Shown here piece after piece: positions 47,877 to 58,128 of a stretch of DNA of 64,000 nucleotides; within the stretch, counting starts at the first letter, position 1; every line of letters begins with the position of its first letter. The position numbers and the translations under genes are program-made. The DNA comes from Deltaproteobacteria bacterium (GTDB taxonomy: Bacteria; Desulfobacterota; Deferrimicrobia; Deferrimicrobiales; Deferrimicrobiaceae), in NCBI GenBank assembly GCA_037439645.1, contig JBBIVQ010000003.1, positions 3,879-67,878 of the forward strand, read 5' to 3'. The notes under the pieces were generated by a model. The model had not been told where the DNA came from. It ran no database searches and worked only from the letters and a program-made list of their open reading frames with translations.

Positions 47877-49382
47877 ATGCGTATCGGGTGCGTTTCGGGG
47901 GACGTCCGTACGGTCAAGGCGGACATGATCGTCGTGAACCTGTTCGAGGGCGCCGGGCGGCCCGGAGGCGCGGCCGCGGCCGTCGATGCGGCGATCGGGG
48001 GCGGGATCGCCGCGGCGGTGCGCGACGGCGACTTCGCGGGAAAACTCGGGGAAACCCTTTCCTTGCGTCCCTCCAGGGGCGTTGCATCGCGGCGGATCCT
48101 GGTGGTCGGCCTCGGGAAGAAGGAGAAATTCACCGCGGATCACGCGCGCCAGGTCCTCCTCCCGGTCGTGAAGGAGGCGAAGCGCCTCAAACTGTCCACC
48201 GTGGCGTCCGTCGTCCACGGCGCGGGCGCGGGCGGGATCGGTCCCGGTTCCGCAGCCCGTTTCTGCGCACTCGGCGCCGCCCTTTCCGCGTTCGAGTTCG
48301 ACCGGTACAAGGAGGAGAAGGCCCACCGCATCGGCCGATTTCTGTTCGTCGAGCGGGATGCGAAGGCGTTTTCCTCCGTCGAAGCCGGGATTTCCCGGGG
48401 CGCCCGGCTCGGCGAGGCGATCAACTGGGGCCGCTCCCTCGTGGCGACACCGCCGGCGGAGTTGCGCCCGGACGACCTCGCCCGCGCCGCCCGGGGAGTG
48501 TGCCGGGGGCTCGGGAGACCCGTGGAACGCAAGGTGCGCGTCCGCGTCCTCGGTCCGAACGATCTTGCCGGCCTGAAGGCCGGGGGAATCCTCGCGGTTT
48601 CGAAGGGGAGCTCGGCGCCGCCGCGCCTGGTCGTCGCGGAGTACCGGGGCGGAAATCCCGGATCCGCATGGACCGCCCTCGTCGGGAAGGGGGTCACCTT
48701 CGACACGGGCGGCATCTCCCTCAAGAAGTGGGAGGGGATGGAAAAGATGAAGTACGACATGGCCGGGGGCGCCGGGATGCTCGCGGCGCTTCGGGCCGCC
48801 GCCGCCCTCGGGATCCGGCGGAATATCGTCGCCGTCGTCCCCTGCGTGGAAAACATGCCGTCCGGGAGCGCGTACCGGCCGGGAGACGTGCTGCGGATGA
48901 TGTCGGGGAAGACCGTGGAAATCCTCTCCACCGACGCCGAGGGCCGCCTGATCCTTGCGGACGCGATGACGTACGCGGTCCGCAAGTACCGCCCGAAGGA
49001 GATGATCGATGCGGCCACGCTCACGGGCGCCTGCGTCGTGGCGCTCGGAAGCGTCAATATCGGCATGATGGGGAGCGACGCCGGGATGCTCGGGAGGATG
49101 AAGGCCGCCTCCGCGGCGTCTGGGGAAAAGGCGTGGGAACTCCCGCTCCACGAGGAGTATTTCGACCAGATCAAGAGCGAGATCGGGGAGCTGAAAAACA
49201 TCGGGGGCGGGGAGGCCGGCACGATCACGGCCGGCCGCTTCCTCCAGGAATTCTCCGGCGGCGTGCCGTGGGTCCACTTCGACATCGCCGGCACCGCCTG
49301 GGTGGAGAAGGAGAAGCGCGGGTATGCCCCGGGACCATCGGGCGCGCCGGTCCGGCTTCTCGTGGAATACCTCTCCTCATGA
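47877..49382 (+). CDS. pepA: Leucyl aminopeptidase (M17)
   Basis: NTDAEGRL-type motif (STDAEGRLILADA), VTFDTGGISLK, and a C-terminal catalytic domain. Confidence 0.9.
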   Translation: MRIGCVSGDVRTVKADMIVVNLFEGAGRPGGAAAAVDAAIGGGIAAAVRDGDFAGKLGETLSLRPSRGVASRRILVVGLGKKEKFTADHARQVLLPVVKEAKRLKLSTVASVVHGAGAGGIGPGSAARFCALGAALSAFEFDRYKEEKAHRIGRFLFVERDAKAFSSVEAGISRGARLGEAINWGRSLVATPPAELRPDDLARAARGVCRGLGRPVERKVRVRVLGPNDLAGLKAGGILAVSKGSSAPPRLVVAEYRGGNPGSAWTALVGKGVTFDTGGISLKKWEGMEKMKYDMAGGAGMLAALRAAAALGIRRNIVAVVPCVENMPSGSAYRPGDVLRMMSGKTVEILSTDAEGRLILADAMTYAVRKYRPKEMIDAATLTGACVVALGSVNIGMMGSDAGMLGRMKAASAASGEKAWELPLHEEYFDQIKSEIGELKNIGGGEAGTITAGRFLQEFSGGVPWVHFDIAGTAWVEKEKRGYAPGPSGAPVRLLVEYLSS

Positions 49383-50044
49383 CCGGAACGCCGGCGCTCG
49401 ACCCGGAAGGCCGGAACTACATCAGCTGCCCGCACTGCACGATCCAGGTCCCCGACGACGTTCCCGATTGCCCGTATTGCCGCCAACCCCTGCCGGCCGG
49501 GAAGCGGGGAACGCGCAGGGACATCCGAACGTTGCTTGTCCCCCCGGATCGTTTCCCCCGCCTCGCGGAATATCGCCGGGCGCACGGAAAGTGGTTGAAG
49601 ATCGTCGTTCCCGCGCTCCTCGCCGTCGCCGTCCTGTGGCTTGCGATCGGATTCCTGTCGCGTGTGAAGATCGTCGTTCCGCAGGACAACGTCTTCCGGA
49701 TCGAGGCGGAGCGGGAGCGGAAAGACGGAGGGCGGGTCCTCCTGGCGGGAACGATCCTCAACCGGGGGGAGGACGTCCCCGACCTCTCCCTGCGCTCCAT
49801 CGGCGTCACCGCGGAGTTCCTTTACGGGGACGGAAAGACCGGGCGGAAACGGATTTTCCCGAAGTCCCCGTATCGTGGGGAAGGGGCTCTCCTGCGAGGG
49901 GAAACCGGAACGTTCGAGATCGAGGTGCCGGACGGGGTGAAGTCGGTCACGCTCCGCGCGGAGATCGTGAACCTCGGGGAGGACCGGGTGTTCGTCCCGG
50001 CGACCCGGGGAATCCGCCGCCTGCCCGCCCAAAAAAAGCGGTAA
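49379..50044 (+). CDS. Zinc-ribbon membrane protein (hypothetical)
   Basis: CPHCTIQVPDDVPDCPYC zinc ribbon, one TM helix (WLKIVVPALLAVAVLWLAIGF), and a C-terminal beta-rich region. ATGA overlap with pepA. Confidence 0.6.
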   Translation: MTGTPALDPEGRNYISCPHCTIQVPDDVPDCPYCRQPLPAGKRGTRRDIRTLLVPPDRFPRLAEYRRAHGKWLKIVVPALLAVAVLWLAIGFLSRVKIVVPQDNVFRIEAERERKDGGRVLLAGTILNRGEDVPDLSLRSIGVTAEFLYGDGKTGRKRIFPKSPYRGEGALLRGETGTFEIEVPDGVKSVTLRAEIVNLGEDRVFVPATRGIRRLPAQKKR

Positions 50045-50690
50045 GCCACTCGCGGGTCCGCGGGCACGCGGGCCGCTTGTGGGTCCGCGCCCACCCCTCC
50101 AGGGCGACCAGGTCCTCCACGGTGTCCACGTCCCTCCCTCGAGGCAGGAACGAGAAAGGCGCCGGGAGGGATCTGCATCGCGCCGCGGCGGTCCGGAGCA
50201 CCGTCGCGGTGCTCCATCGGATCCCCCGAAACAGCCGTTCGTCCGGGGAGGTAAGTCCGAGGAGGTAGAATCCGCCGTCCGCCGAGGGACCGAACACGAC
50301 CGACGCCCCGTCGGAAAGTTCCGCGAACGCGCGGCGGACCGTCCCTGCGGAGAGGGACGGAGAATCGGCCCCGACGATCACCACGCGGCGCGCTCCGTGC
50401 CCGAACGCGGTCCCGGCCGCGTTCCGCATCCGGTCCCCGAGATCCCGGCCACGCTGCGGGAACGGTTCGAATGCACGGAATGGCGCGTCCGGAAGGGCGT
50501 CCGCCGACTCCGGCCGATCGATGAAGAAGTACCTGTGCACCCGGGTCAATGCGGCCATCTCCGCCGCCGTGTCGCCGAGCATGCACGAATACAGCCGTGC
50601 CGCCTCGCGCGGTTCGAGCGGAGGGCACAGGCGCGTCTTGACCCGCCCGGCGACCGGCGCCTTCGCCATCAGGACGACCGCATCCTCCAA
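49947..50690 (-). CDS. DUF2064-family (TIGR04282-like) putative glycosyltransferase
   Basis: LEDAVVLMAKAPVAGRVKTRLCPPL...VVIVGADSP...GPSADGGFYLLG matches the DUF2064 pattern. The start is taken at the TTG after GGAAAGGAGGGG. The C-terminal ~30 codons overlap the convergent zinc-ribbon gene. Confidence 0.6.
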   Translation of the reverse strand: MEDAVVLMAKAPVAGRVKTRLCPPLEPREAARLYSCMLGDTAAEMAALTRVHRYFFIDRPESADALPDAPFRAFEPFPQRGRDLGDRMRNAAGTAFGHGARRVVIVGADSPSLSAGTVRRAFAELSDGASVVFGPSADGGFYLLGLTSPDERLFRGIRWSTATVLRTAAARCRSLPAPFSFLPRGRDVDTVEDLVALEGWARTHKRPACPRTREWLTAFFGRAGGGFPGSPGRTPGPPRGSRSPRGA

Positions 50691-50889
50691 TGCCTTCCCC
50701 TCCTTTCCCCCCCGGGGCCGTCCCGTGAACCGGATTTCGTACGGGGTGGGGCACCCTCGCGGCACCGGACAGTTTACCGGAGATCCGTCTCCGAATCCTC
50801 GTCGCGATCCGTGACAAATTGCCGTGGGCCCGGAATTCCGATACATTGATCCCGGTATGCATCCGATCCTCTCGGCGGGAAAGCGCTTC

Positions 50890-52497
50890 ATGTCGGGGAA
50901 GGCGTTCCGTGCGGGCGCGATCCTTCTCCTTCTCGCATCGGCGCAACCCGGCGTCGCCGGGGCCGACGCGTCGTCGGTGAACCGGGCGGAGGGATTCCGC
51001 ATCGTCGACGAAGCGTTCGGCGACGGCGGCGAATCGGCCGCCGTTCGCATCCTGCCGTATCTGAAGGCACGCGAACTGGACGTTCGGACCTACGCGATGC
51101 GGCGGCTCGTCGAGATCGGGGAACCGGCCGTCGAACCGCTTCTCGGCGCACTTGCCGACGAATCCACCCGGTGGGCGGCCTCCGGCGCGCTGCTCAATAT
51201 CGGGTCCCCCGCCGTACGGAAGACCGTTCTCGCGGTGAAACACCGGGACCCGGCCGTCCGGCGCGGGGCGCTGTTCATCCTCCAGCAGCTGGGGGTAACC
51301 TCCGCCGCTCCCTCCGTCCAGGCGGCGCTTTCGGATCCCGACGTTTCGGTGCAGGTGCAGGCGATCCGCACCGTCGCCCATTTCCGGGGGCAGGGGGCGC
51401 TGCGACTCCTCCTCGAGAAGGTGGATACCGGGTATCCTCCGGTGATCCGGGATGCCGCCATCGAGGGATTGTCGCGGTTCGAGTCCGAGGCGCTCCCGTC
51501 CCTCCGTTCGATGTATCTGCAGGGGGGGCCGGAGATGCGGGTTGCCGCCGTGCGCGCGCTGGCGGGGACGGGAACACCCGAGGGGATCGGAATCGTGCGG
51601 TCGGCGCTTTCGGACAAGTCCGCCCTGGTCCGGTACTACGCGTGCCGGGCCCTCGCCGACGCGGGGGACACGGTCTCGGCGGGCGCGATGGCGGCGCTCC
51701 TCGGGGACCCCGATCCGGCGGTCCGCGAGGCGGCGGGGGAGGCGTGCGCCCGGATGCCCGAGGCGGCCGGGAAGGCGCTTTTCGGGTTCCTGCGGACGGG
51801 GTCTCCGACGCAGAAGATCGAGGCGGCGACTGCGATCCGCAAGGCGTCGTATCGCCCCGCGATACCGCTCCTGGCCGAGATCGTCCGCGATCCCCTCCCC
51901 GAGGTGCGGCTTTCCGCCGCGGCGGCGCTGATGGTCCTGTCCGGCCCGGAGGTGGTCGAACCGCTCGTGAACGGGCTGCGGGACCCGCAGATCCGCTGGG
52001 TCTGCATCCTCGGGCTCCGGCAGGCGGGGACCCCCGCCGTCCCGGCCCTCCTGCGGCGCACCGGGGATGCCGAGTTGGACTATTGGAAACAGCATGTCCT
52101 CGCGGGGATGGGGGAGAAGGCGATCGAGGGGTGCATCGAAACGCTGGACCGGGGGAAGGACGCCGGGACCCGCAGCGCGGCCCTTTGCACGCTCGAACAG
52201 ATCCGGGACGCTCGCGCGGCCTGGCCGATCGTGCGCATGTTGGGGGACCCCCAGGTCGGCCCGGTGGCCGTTTTTCTCGCCGCCCGGATGGGCCAGGTCG
52301 CCGTCGAGCCGCTCCTGCTCTCCCTCGATGCCGAACATCCCGGCGCCCGGATCCGGGCCGCCGGCGTCCTCGGGGAGATGCGGGAGCCGCGGGCGATCCC
52401 CGCTCTCCGGAGGATGGCGCACGATCCCGATCCCGGCGTGCGGGACGCGGCGTCGAAAGCGTTGCGCACGATCCCCGGGGGCGCGCCCCCTCCCTGA
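50890..52497 (+). CDS. HEAT-repeat protein, secreted (~535 aa)
   Basis: Signal peptide MSGKAFRAGAILLLLASAQPGVAGA. More than 10 PBS-lyase-like HEAT repeats (DPDVSVQVQAIRTVAHF, DPDPAVREAAGEA, DPDPGVRDAASKALR). Confidence 0.75.
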   Translation: MSGKAFRAGAILLLLASAQPGVAGADASSVNRAEGFRIVDEAFGDGGESAAVRILPYLKARELDVRTYAMRRLVEIGEPAVEPLLGALADESTRWAASGALLNIGSPAVRKTVLAVKHRDPAVRRGALFILQQLGVTSAAPSVQAALSDPDVSVQVQAIRTVAHFRGQGALRLLLEKVDTGYPPVIRDAAIEGLSRFESEALPSLRSMYLQGGPEMRVAAVRALAGTGTPEGIGIVRSALSDKSALVRYYACRALADAGDTVSAGAMAALLGDPDPAVREAAGEACARMPEAAGKALFGFLRTGSPTQKIEAATAIRKASYRPAIPLLAEIVRDPLPEVRLSAAAALMVLSGPEVVEPLVNGLRDPQIRWVCILGLRQAGTPAVPALLRRTGDAELDYWKQHVLAGMGEKAIEGCIETLDRGKDAGTRSAALCTLEQIRDARAAWPIVRMLGDPQVGPVAVFLAARMGQVAVEPLLLSLDAEHPGARIRAAGVLGEMREPRAIPALRRMAHDPDPGVRDAASKALRTIPGGAPPP

Positions 52498-52599
52498 CGG
52501 GATTCTCCGGGGAGGTCCCGACCATCGGCCCATCCTTGTCAGGATCGGCGCCGGTGTGTATAATCCCCGCCTTCACCCTCCCAAGCGAAGAGGAGCGCC

Positions 52600-53487
52600 A
52601 TGAAAGAGAAGAAGCGCAACGTCCTGAACGTCGGCCTGCCGAAGGGGAGCCTGCAGGAGTCCACCCTGCACCTGTTCCGCAAGGCCGGATTCAACATCAA
52701 CGTCGGCTCCCGCAGCTACGTCCCGTCGATCGACGACCCGGAATTATCCGGGCTCCTGATCCGCGCCCAGGAGATGGCGCGGTACGTCCAGGACGGCATC
52801 CTCGACATCGGGCTGACCGGGCGGGACTGGGTGCTGGAACAGAACGCGAAGGTGAAGGAGGTTTGCCCCCTCCTCTATGCGCGGGGGGGGTTGCGCCCGG
52901 TCCGGTGGGTGGTGGCGGTCCCGAACGACTCCCCGATTCAGCGTGTGCGGGACCTGCAGGGGAAGCGGGTCGCGACGGAGTTGGTCCAGTTCACCCGCCG
53001 CTACCTCAGGAAAAAGGGGGTCGAGGCGCAGGTCGAGTTCTCCTGGGGAGCCACCGAGGTGAAGGCGCCGCGCCTCGCCGACGCGATCGTCGAGTTGACC
53101 GAAACGGGGAGCAGCCTTCGTGCGAACAACCTCCGGGTGGTGGAGACGATTCTCGAATCGACCACCGTCCTGATCGCCAACCGGGAAGCGTGGGCGGATC
53201 GATGGAAGCGGGAAAAGATCTCCAACATCGCGCTCCTCCTCCAGGGCGCTCTCCGGGCGGAGGAGAAGGTCGGCCTCAAGATGAACGTCGGCCGCGCCGA
53301 CCTCGACGGGATCCTCAAGGTGCTGCCGGCGATGCAGAACCCGACGATCTCCACCTTGAGCGAGGCCGGTTGGTTCTCCCTCGAAGTGATCGTCGACCAG
53401 AAGATCGTCCGGGAGCTGATCCCCCTCCTCAAGAAGGAAGGGGCCTCCGGGATCGTCGAATACCCGCTGAACAAGGTTATACCGTAA
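52600..53487 (+). CDS. hisG: ATP phosphoribosyltransferase (long form)
   Basis: [23 protein letters not shown]...[11 protein letters not shown]... plus the C-terminal regulatory domain. Confidence 0.9.
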   Translation: MKEKKRNVLNVGLPKGSLQESTLHLFRKAGFNINVGSRSYVPSIDDPELSGLLIRAQEMARYVQDGILDIGLTGRDWVLEQNAKVKEVCPLLYARGGLRPVRWVVAVPNDSPIQRVRDLQGKRVATELVQFTRRYLRKKGVEAQVEFSWGATEVKAPRLADAIVELTETGSSLRANNLRVVETILESTTVLIANREAWADRWKREKISNIALLLQGALRAEEKVGLKMNVGRADLDGILKVLPAMQNPTISTLSEAGWFSLEVIVDQKIVRELIPLLKKEGASGIVEYPLNKVIP

Positions 53488-53499
53488 CCCGCCACCGGT

Positions 53500-54344
53500 C
53501 GATCGCCGGTCCCCTTCTCCTTCTTCTCGCCGAGGGCCGCGGCGCGGACCTGTCCCCCGATCCGATCGCGTTCCCCCACCGGTACCGCGATCCCCGGGAC
53601 GCCGAGGCCGCCGCGTTTCTCGCCGCATCGTTCGCCTTCGGAGGCGTCCTCCAGATCGGGACCTTCCTTTCACGGCTCCTGGACGCGCTCTCTCCGTCGC
53701 CGCACGCCGCGTTGACGGGCCCGAAGCCGGTCCCCCGGCGCGCGGTCGCGGGTTGTCGCCACCGATTCGTCTCCTCCGAAGGGGTGTACCGTTTCCTCCG
53801 GTGTGTCCGCGCCGCGTACCTCGCCCACGGATCGCTCGAGCGGTGTTACCTCGCAGGAAGGGGATCGGATCCTCCGGACCTTCGCAGGGACCTCGCCCGG
53901 TTCCTCGGCGGGTTTCGCGACCGTTGGGGAGGGGACCTGGGCCGCGAGCGCGACTTCCTCTTCCCGCGCCCGGAGCGCGGGTCGGCATGCAAGCGCCACA
54001 ACCTTTTCCTGCGGTGGGTCGTCCGGGGACCGGATGGCGTCGATCTCGGGTTGTGGAGCGCCGTTTCGCCGCGGGACCTCGTCGTCCCCCTCGACACCCA
54101 CATGGCGCGGTTGGGGGGCGCTCTCGGGTTCACGCGGCGGAAGACGAGGGACTGGCGGATGGCGGAAGAGATCACCGCTTCCCTGCGCCGGGCCTGTCCG
54201 GAGGATCCGGTGAAGTTCGACTACCCGCTGACCCGGCTCGGCATCCTCGGGGTGTGCACCCGTTCCCGGCGCGGCGTCTGCGCCCGTTGCCCCGTCGCGT
54301 CGATCTGTTCGCGGAAGCGCCGGACCGACGGGTCTCCATGGTGA
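53500..54344 (+). CDS. TIGR02757/DUF2400-like family protein (start uncertain)
   Basis: PDPIAFPHRYRDPRDAEAAAFLAASFAFGGVLQI... resembles the remembered N-terminus of the TIGR02757 family; the family name is from memory. The Cys-rich C-terminus is CTRSRRGVCARCPVASIC. There is no in-frame ATG or GTG near the expected start; a CTG/TTG start or a sequence error is possible. Confidence 0.5.
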
Positions 54345-54417
54345 AATTGGGGTTGCCCCCCTCCACGCCGTGCGATAGATTTGATCCGTAGGCGAAGTTC
54401 GGTCCCCGGAGGCAGGG

Positions 54418-55983
54418 ATGGCGGAAAAGAAGTTGAAAATCGGCGAGATCCTCGTCGCTGCCGGAATCCTCAAGGAAGAGCAACTGGCGGATGCGCTTCG
54501 GAGCCAGAGCCAGCTCGGGGGGACGCTCGGCGAGAACCTCGTGCGCCTCGCGTTCCTCACGGAGGAGGAGCTTCTGAAGGCCCTCTCCGAGCAGATGGGG
54601 ATGCAGCACATCAATCTGACGAAGGTCGAAATCCCCGCCGCCGTCCAGCGGCTCGTCAAGATGGAAACCGCCCGCCTGCGCCGCCTCCTCCCCATCGGGT
54701 TCGAGGCGAAGCGCCTGGTGGTCGGCATGGTCGATCCGACGGATCTTTCCGCCCTGACCGAGGTGGAGTTCCAGTCGGGGCACATCACGAAGCCGGTCAT
54801 CCTGTCCGCTTCGCACTTCGAGCTGGCCATGGCGTTCTTCCAGTCGCACGGGTACGGGGAAGTCACGCTGAAGTTCGACGCGGGGAAGGAAGCGGCGCGA
54901 CACGTCCGGGTGGAGAACTCCCTTGCGTCGATGCTCACGGTCCTTCTCTCGTGGAAGGGACAGGACCTGCACCTGTCCGCGGGGGCGATTCCGTCGATCC
55001 GCGTCGACAACGAGATCCGCCGTCTGAACCTCCCGGTCCTGAAGCCCGCGGAGGTCGAGCGGATGATCTACGCGATCCTGACCCCGGAGCAACGGCATAT
55101 ATTCCAGGAAAATCTCGAACTCGACTTCGCGTTTTCCCTGCACGGGGTCGGGCGCTTCCGGTGCAACCTGTATCGCCAGCGAAACTCGATCGCCTTCACC
55201 GCGCGGCACGTGTCCGAGGACGTGCCGTCGGCCGCGGAACTCGGGATCCCGGACTTCCTGCGGGACTTCGGCTTGAAAAACCAGGGATTGATCCTCATCA
55301 CCGGGCCGAACGGCCACGGGAAGTCGACCACCCTTGCGTGGCTCGTCGACACGATCAACCGGGAGCGGCGCTCCAACATCATCACGATCGAGGATCCGGT
55401 CGAGTTCACCCACCGGCACAAGAACTCCAACGTGAACCAGCGGGAGGTGGGGACCGACACGCTCTCCTTCGCGGACGGCCTTCGGCACATCTTCCGCCAG
55501 AATCCGGACGTCATCGTGATCGGGGAACTGCGCGACCACGAGAGCATCTCGATCGCCCTCACCGCCGCCGAGACGGGACACCTGGTCCTCGGGACGCTGC
55601 ACTCCATGAACGCCACGGCCGCGGTCGACCGGATCGTGGACTCGTTCCCGGCGAACCAGCAACCGCAGGTTCGCGCGCAGCTGGCCGAGTCGCTGCTTCT
55701 CGTCTTCTCCCAGCGGCTGCTCAGGCGGGCCAACGGTTCGGGGCGCGTTCTCGCCTGGGAAAAGATGGCGACCTCCCTCCGGGTCCGGAACGCCATCCGG
55801 GAGGGGAAGGCCCACCAGCTTCGGGGGATGATGCAGGCGAACGTCGACGAACTGGTGTCGATCGACTGGACGCTGGCGGACATGGTGGCGGCCGGAAAGG
55901 TGAAGTACGAGGAGGCGGTGAAATTCGCCGACAACCTGACCTACCTGAACGAACTCCTCAAGGTCCGCGGGGCGTTCAAGTAG
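54418..55983 (+). CDS. PilT-like ATPase with N-terminal MshEN/T2SSE_N (c-di-GMP-binding-type) domain
   Basis: N-terminal [24 protein letters not shown]...[23 protein letters not shown] is the tandem RLGxxLVxxGxLxxxxLxxALxxQ MshEN motif. A PilT N-domain and core follow ([40 protein letters not shown]). Confidence 0.8.
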   Translation: MAEKKLKIGEILVAAGILKEEQLADALRSQSQLGGTLGENLVRLAFLTEEELLKALSEQMGMQHINLTKVEIPAAVQRLVKMETARLRRLLPIGFEAKRLVVGMVDPTDLSALTEVEFQSGHITKPVILSASHFELAMAFFQSHGYGEVTLKFDAGKEAARHVRVENSLASMLTVLLSWKGQDLHLSAGAIPSIRVDNEIRRLNLPVLKPAEVERMIYAILTPEQRHIFQENLELDFAFSLHGVGRFRCNLYRQRNSIAFTARHVSEDVPSAAELGIPDFLRDFGLKNQGLILITGPNGHGKSTTLAWLVDTINRERRSNIITIEDPVEFTHRHKNSNVNQREVGTDTLSFADGLRHIFRQNPDVIVIGELRDHESISIALTAAETGHLVLGTLHSMNATAAVDRIVDSFPANQQPQVRAQLAESLLLVFSQRLLRRANGSGRVLAWEKMATSLRVRNAIREGKAHQLRGMMQANVDELVSIDWTLADMVAAGKVKYEEAVKFADNLTYLNELLKVRGAFK

Positions 55984-56026
55984 GGGTGCCGCACGCGGGG
56001 ATCCCCGAACCGGAGGTGCAGGGCCG

Positions 56027-56833
56027 ATGATCGGAAAGAAGATCCGCCTCGAGCGGATCATGGACAGGAACACCCACAGGACCGTCCTCGTTCCCATGGA
56101 CCACGGGGTGACCGTCGGGCCGATCCCCGGGCTGATCCGGATCCCTCCGGCGGCGAACCTCATCGCCGAGGGGGGTGCGAACGCGGCGATCGTGCATCGC
56201 GGCGCCGCGATGTTCGGCCACCGCGGCTACGGGAAAGACCTCGGTCTCATCCTCCACCTCTCCGCGAGCACCACCCTCGCCCCCGACTCGAACCGGAAGG
56301 TGCTGGTGGCCACCGTCGAGGACGCGTTGCAGATGGGGGCCGACGCCGTCTCCATCCACGTGAACCTGGGCGCCGAGGACGAGGCGCGGATGCTGCGCGA
56401 TTTCGGGACGGTGTCGAGCGCCTGCCAGCGCTGGGGGATGCCGCTGCTCGCGATGATCTACACGCGGGGGCCGAAGATCCGGAACGAATTCGATGTCCGG
56501 TACGTCCGCCACGCGGCGCGCGTGGGAGCGGAAATGGGCGCCGACATCGTCAAGGTCCCGTATACCGGATCCCCCGAGACGTTCCGCGAAGTCACCCAGG
56601 GGTGCGCCTCCTCCGTCGTGATCGCCGGGGGGGAGAAGATGTCGAGCGACGTGGAAGTCCTGCGGATGGTCCATGGCGCGATCGCGGCGGGCGGAGCGGG
56701 GGCATCGATCGGCAGGAACGTCTTCCAGCACCGCTCCCCGGCGTCGATGGTACGGGCCATCGTCTCGATCGTCCACGGCGGCGCCTCCGTCCGGGAGGCG
56801 GTCGGCGTCCTCAAGTCGAAGTCCGGGTCTTGA
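56027..56833 (+). CDS. 2-amino-3,7-dideoxy-D-threo-hept-6-ulosonate synthase (AroA', DhnA-type class I aldolase fold)
   Basis: DhnA/FbaB-family TIM-barrel aldolase (MDHGVTVGP...[13 protein letters not shown]...DIVKVPY). Assigned as ADH synthase because it directly precedes a DHQ synthase II homologue. Confidence 0.65.
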   Translation: MIGKKIRLERIMDRNTHRTVLVPMDHGVTVGPIPGLIRIPPAANLIAEGGANAAIVHRGAAMFGHRGYGKDLGLILHLSASTTLAPDSNRKVLVATVEDALQMGADAVSIHVNLGAEDEARMLRDFGTVSSACQRWGMPLLAMIYTRGPKIRNEFDVRYVRHAARVGAEMGADIVKVPYTGSPETFREVTQGCASSVVIAGGEKMSSDVEVLRMVHGAIAAGGAGASIGRNVFQHRSPASMVRAIVSIVHGGASVREAVGVLKSKSGS

Positions 56834-56844
56834 TCCTTCCACGA

Positions 56845-57831
56845 TTGATCGCCCGGGTTTTCCCCTGGGACAAGGAGACGGCCGTCGCCGCCATCGAATC
56901 GGGGGTGGAGGCGCTCTGGGTGCCGGACGGTTGCGCCTCCTCCGCCAGGGAGTTGGGCCGCGTCGTGACGGCGTGCGCCGAGGGCGACCTGCGCGAAGGG
57001 ACCGACTACCGGGTGACCCGGATGGAGGGGAAGGAAGACCAGGCGCGGATCGCCGGTTCCCCCCCGGATGCCGCGTGGTTTGTCTTCCCGGGGGACCGGG
57101 AGATCATCCCGCTCGAGAACCTCGTGGCCTGGGGGCGCAGGATCCTGGTCGTGGCGCGGTCGCCCGCCGACGTCACGCTCTACCGGGGTGTTCTCGAAAA
57201 GGGGGTGTACGGGCTGGTTCTCGATGCGGCGGATCCCGCGGGGGTCCGGGTGCTCGCCGCCGCCGCCCGGGCGCACGCCGAGGACGTCGCGCTCGTCCCC
57301 GCCCGAATCGTCGAGGTCGCTCCTCTCGGGATGGGGGACCGCGTCTGCGTCGACACGTGCACCTGGATCGAGGGGAACCGGGGGATGCTGGTGGGAAACG
57401 GGAGCGCGGGGTTGTTCCTCGTGTGCGCCGAGAACGTACCGAACCCGTACGTCCTCCCACGGCCGTTCCGCGTCAATGCGGGCGCGGTGCATTCCTACTG
57501 CCGCGTCCCCGGGGGGCGGACCGCCTATCTTTCCGACCTGGTCGCCGGATCGGGAGTGCTTCTCGTGGACGGGTCCGGCTCGGGAGAGGCCGCGTGGGTC
57601 GGCCGTGCGAAGGTGGAGCGTCGTCCGCTCGTCCTGATCCGCGCCGTCGGTCCGTCCGGAATCGACCATTCGATCGTTCTCCAGAACGCCGAAACGATCC
57701 GCCTGGTCGGACCGGGGGGCGTCACCCCTTCCGTTGCGCGGATCTCGGCGGGGGACGAGGTGCTGCTGATGGAAGACCGGGCGGGCCGGCACTTCGGAGT
57801 GGCGGTCGAGGAGACGATCCGCGAAAAGTAG
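56845..57831 (+). CDS. 3-dehydroquinate synthase II (archaeal-type AroB')
   Basis: ~328 aa. General resemblance to the DHQS-II family, and the conserved AroA'-AroB' pairing. The start is guessed at the TTG at 56845. Confidence 0.6.
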   Translation: MIARVFPWDKETAVAAIESGVEALWVPDGCASSARELGRVVTACAEGDLREGTDYRVTRMEGKEDQARIAGSPPDAAWFVFPGDREIIPLENLVAWGRRILVVARSPADVTLYRGVLEKGVYGLVLDAADPAGVRVLAAAARAHAEDVALVPARIVEVAPLGMGDRVCVDTCTWIEGNRGMLVGNGSAGLFLVCAENVPNPYVLPRPFRVNAGAVHSYCRVPGGRTAYLSDLVAGSGVLLVDGSGSGEAAWVGRAKVERRPLVLIRAVGPSGIDHSIVLQNAETIRLVGPGGVTPSVARISAGDEVLLMEDRAGRHFGVAVEETIREK

Positions 57832-57903
57832 CGGACATCCGGGGTCGATCGGGAGTAGAGTAGAAGGTACAAGTTGAAACGCGTGCCGTTCGAAGGAGGG
57901 GGC

Positions 57904-58089
57904 ATGTTCGGACTCGGTCTTCCGGAACTTCTCATCATCCTCGTGATCGTCGTGCTTCTGTTCGGGGCCGGCCGGCTTCCGCAGATCGGGTCGGGGATCG
58001 GGGAAGGGATCCGTAACTTCAAGAAGTCGATGAAAGAGAAGAACGAAGTGGACGTCACCCCGGCCAAGGGGGACGGCGAAAAGAAATAG
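57904..58089 (+). CDS. tatA: Twin-arginine translocase subunit TatA/E
   Basis: [56 protein letters not shown]. Confidence 0.9.
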   Translation: MFGLGLPELLIILVIVVLLFGAGRLPQIGSGIGEGIRNFKKSMKEKNEVDVTPAKGDGEKK

Positions 58090-58128
58090 ATTCCCGAAGA
58101 CGGGTGTCCGCCCGCCCCGGGCCGATCC

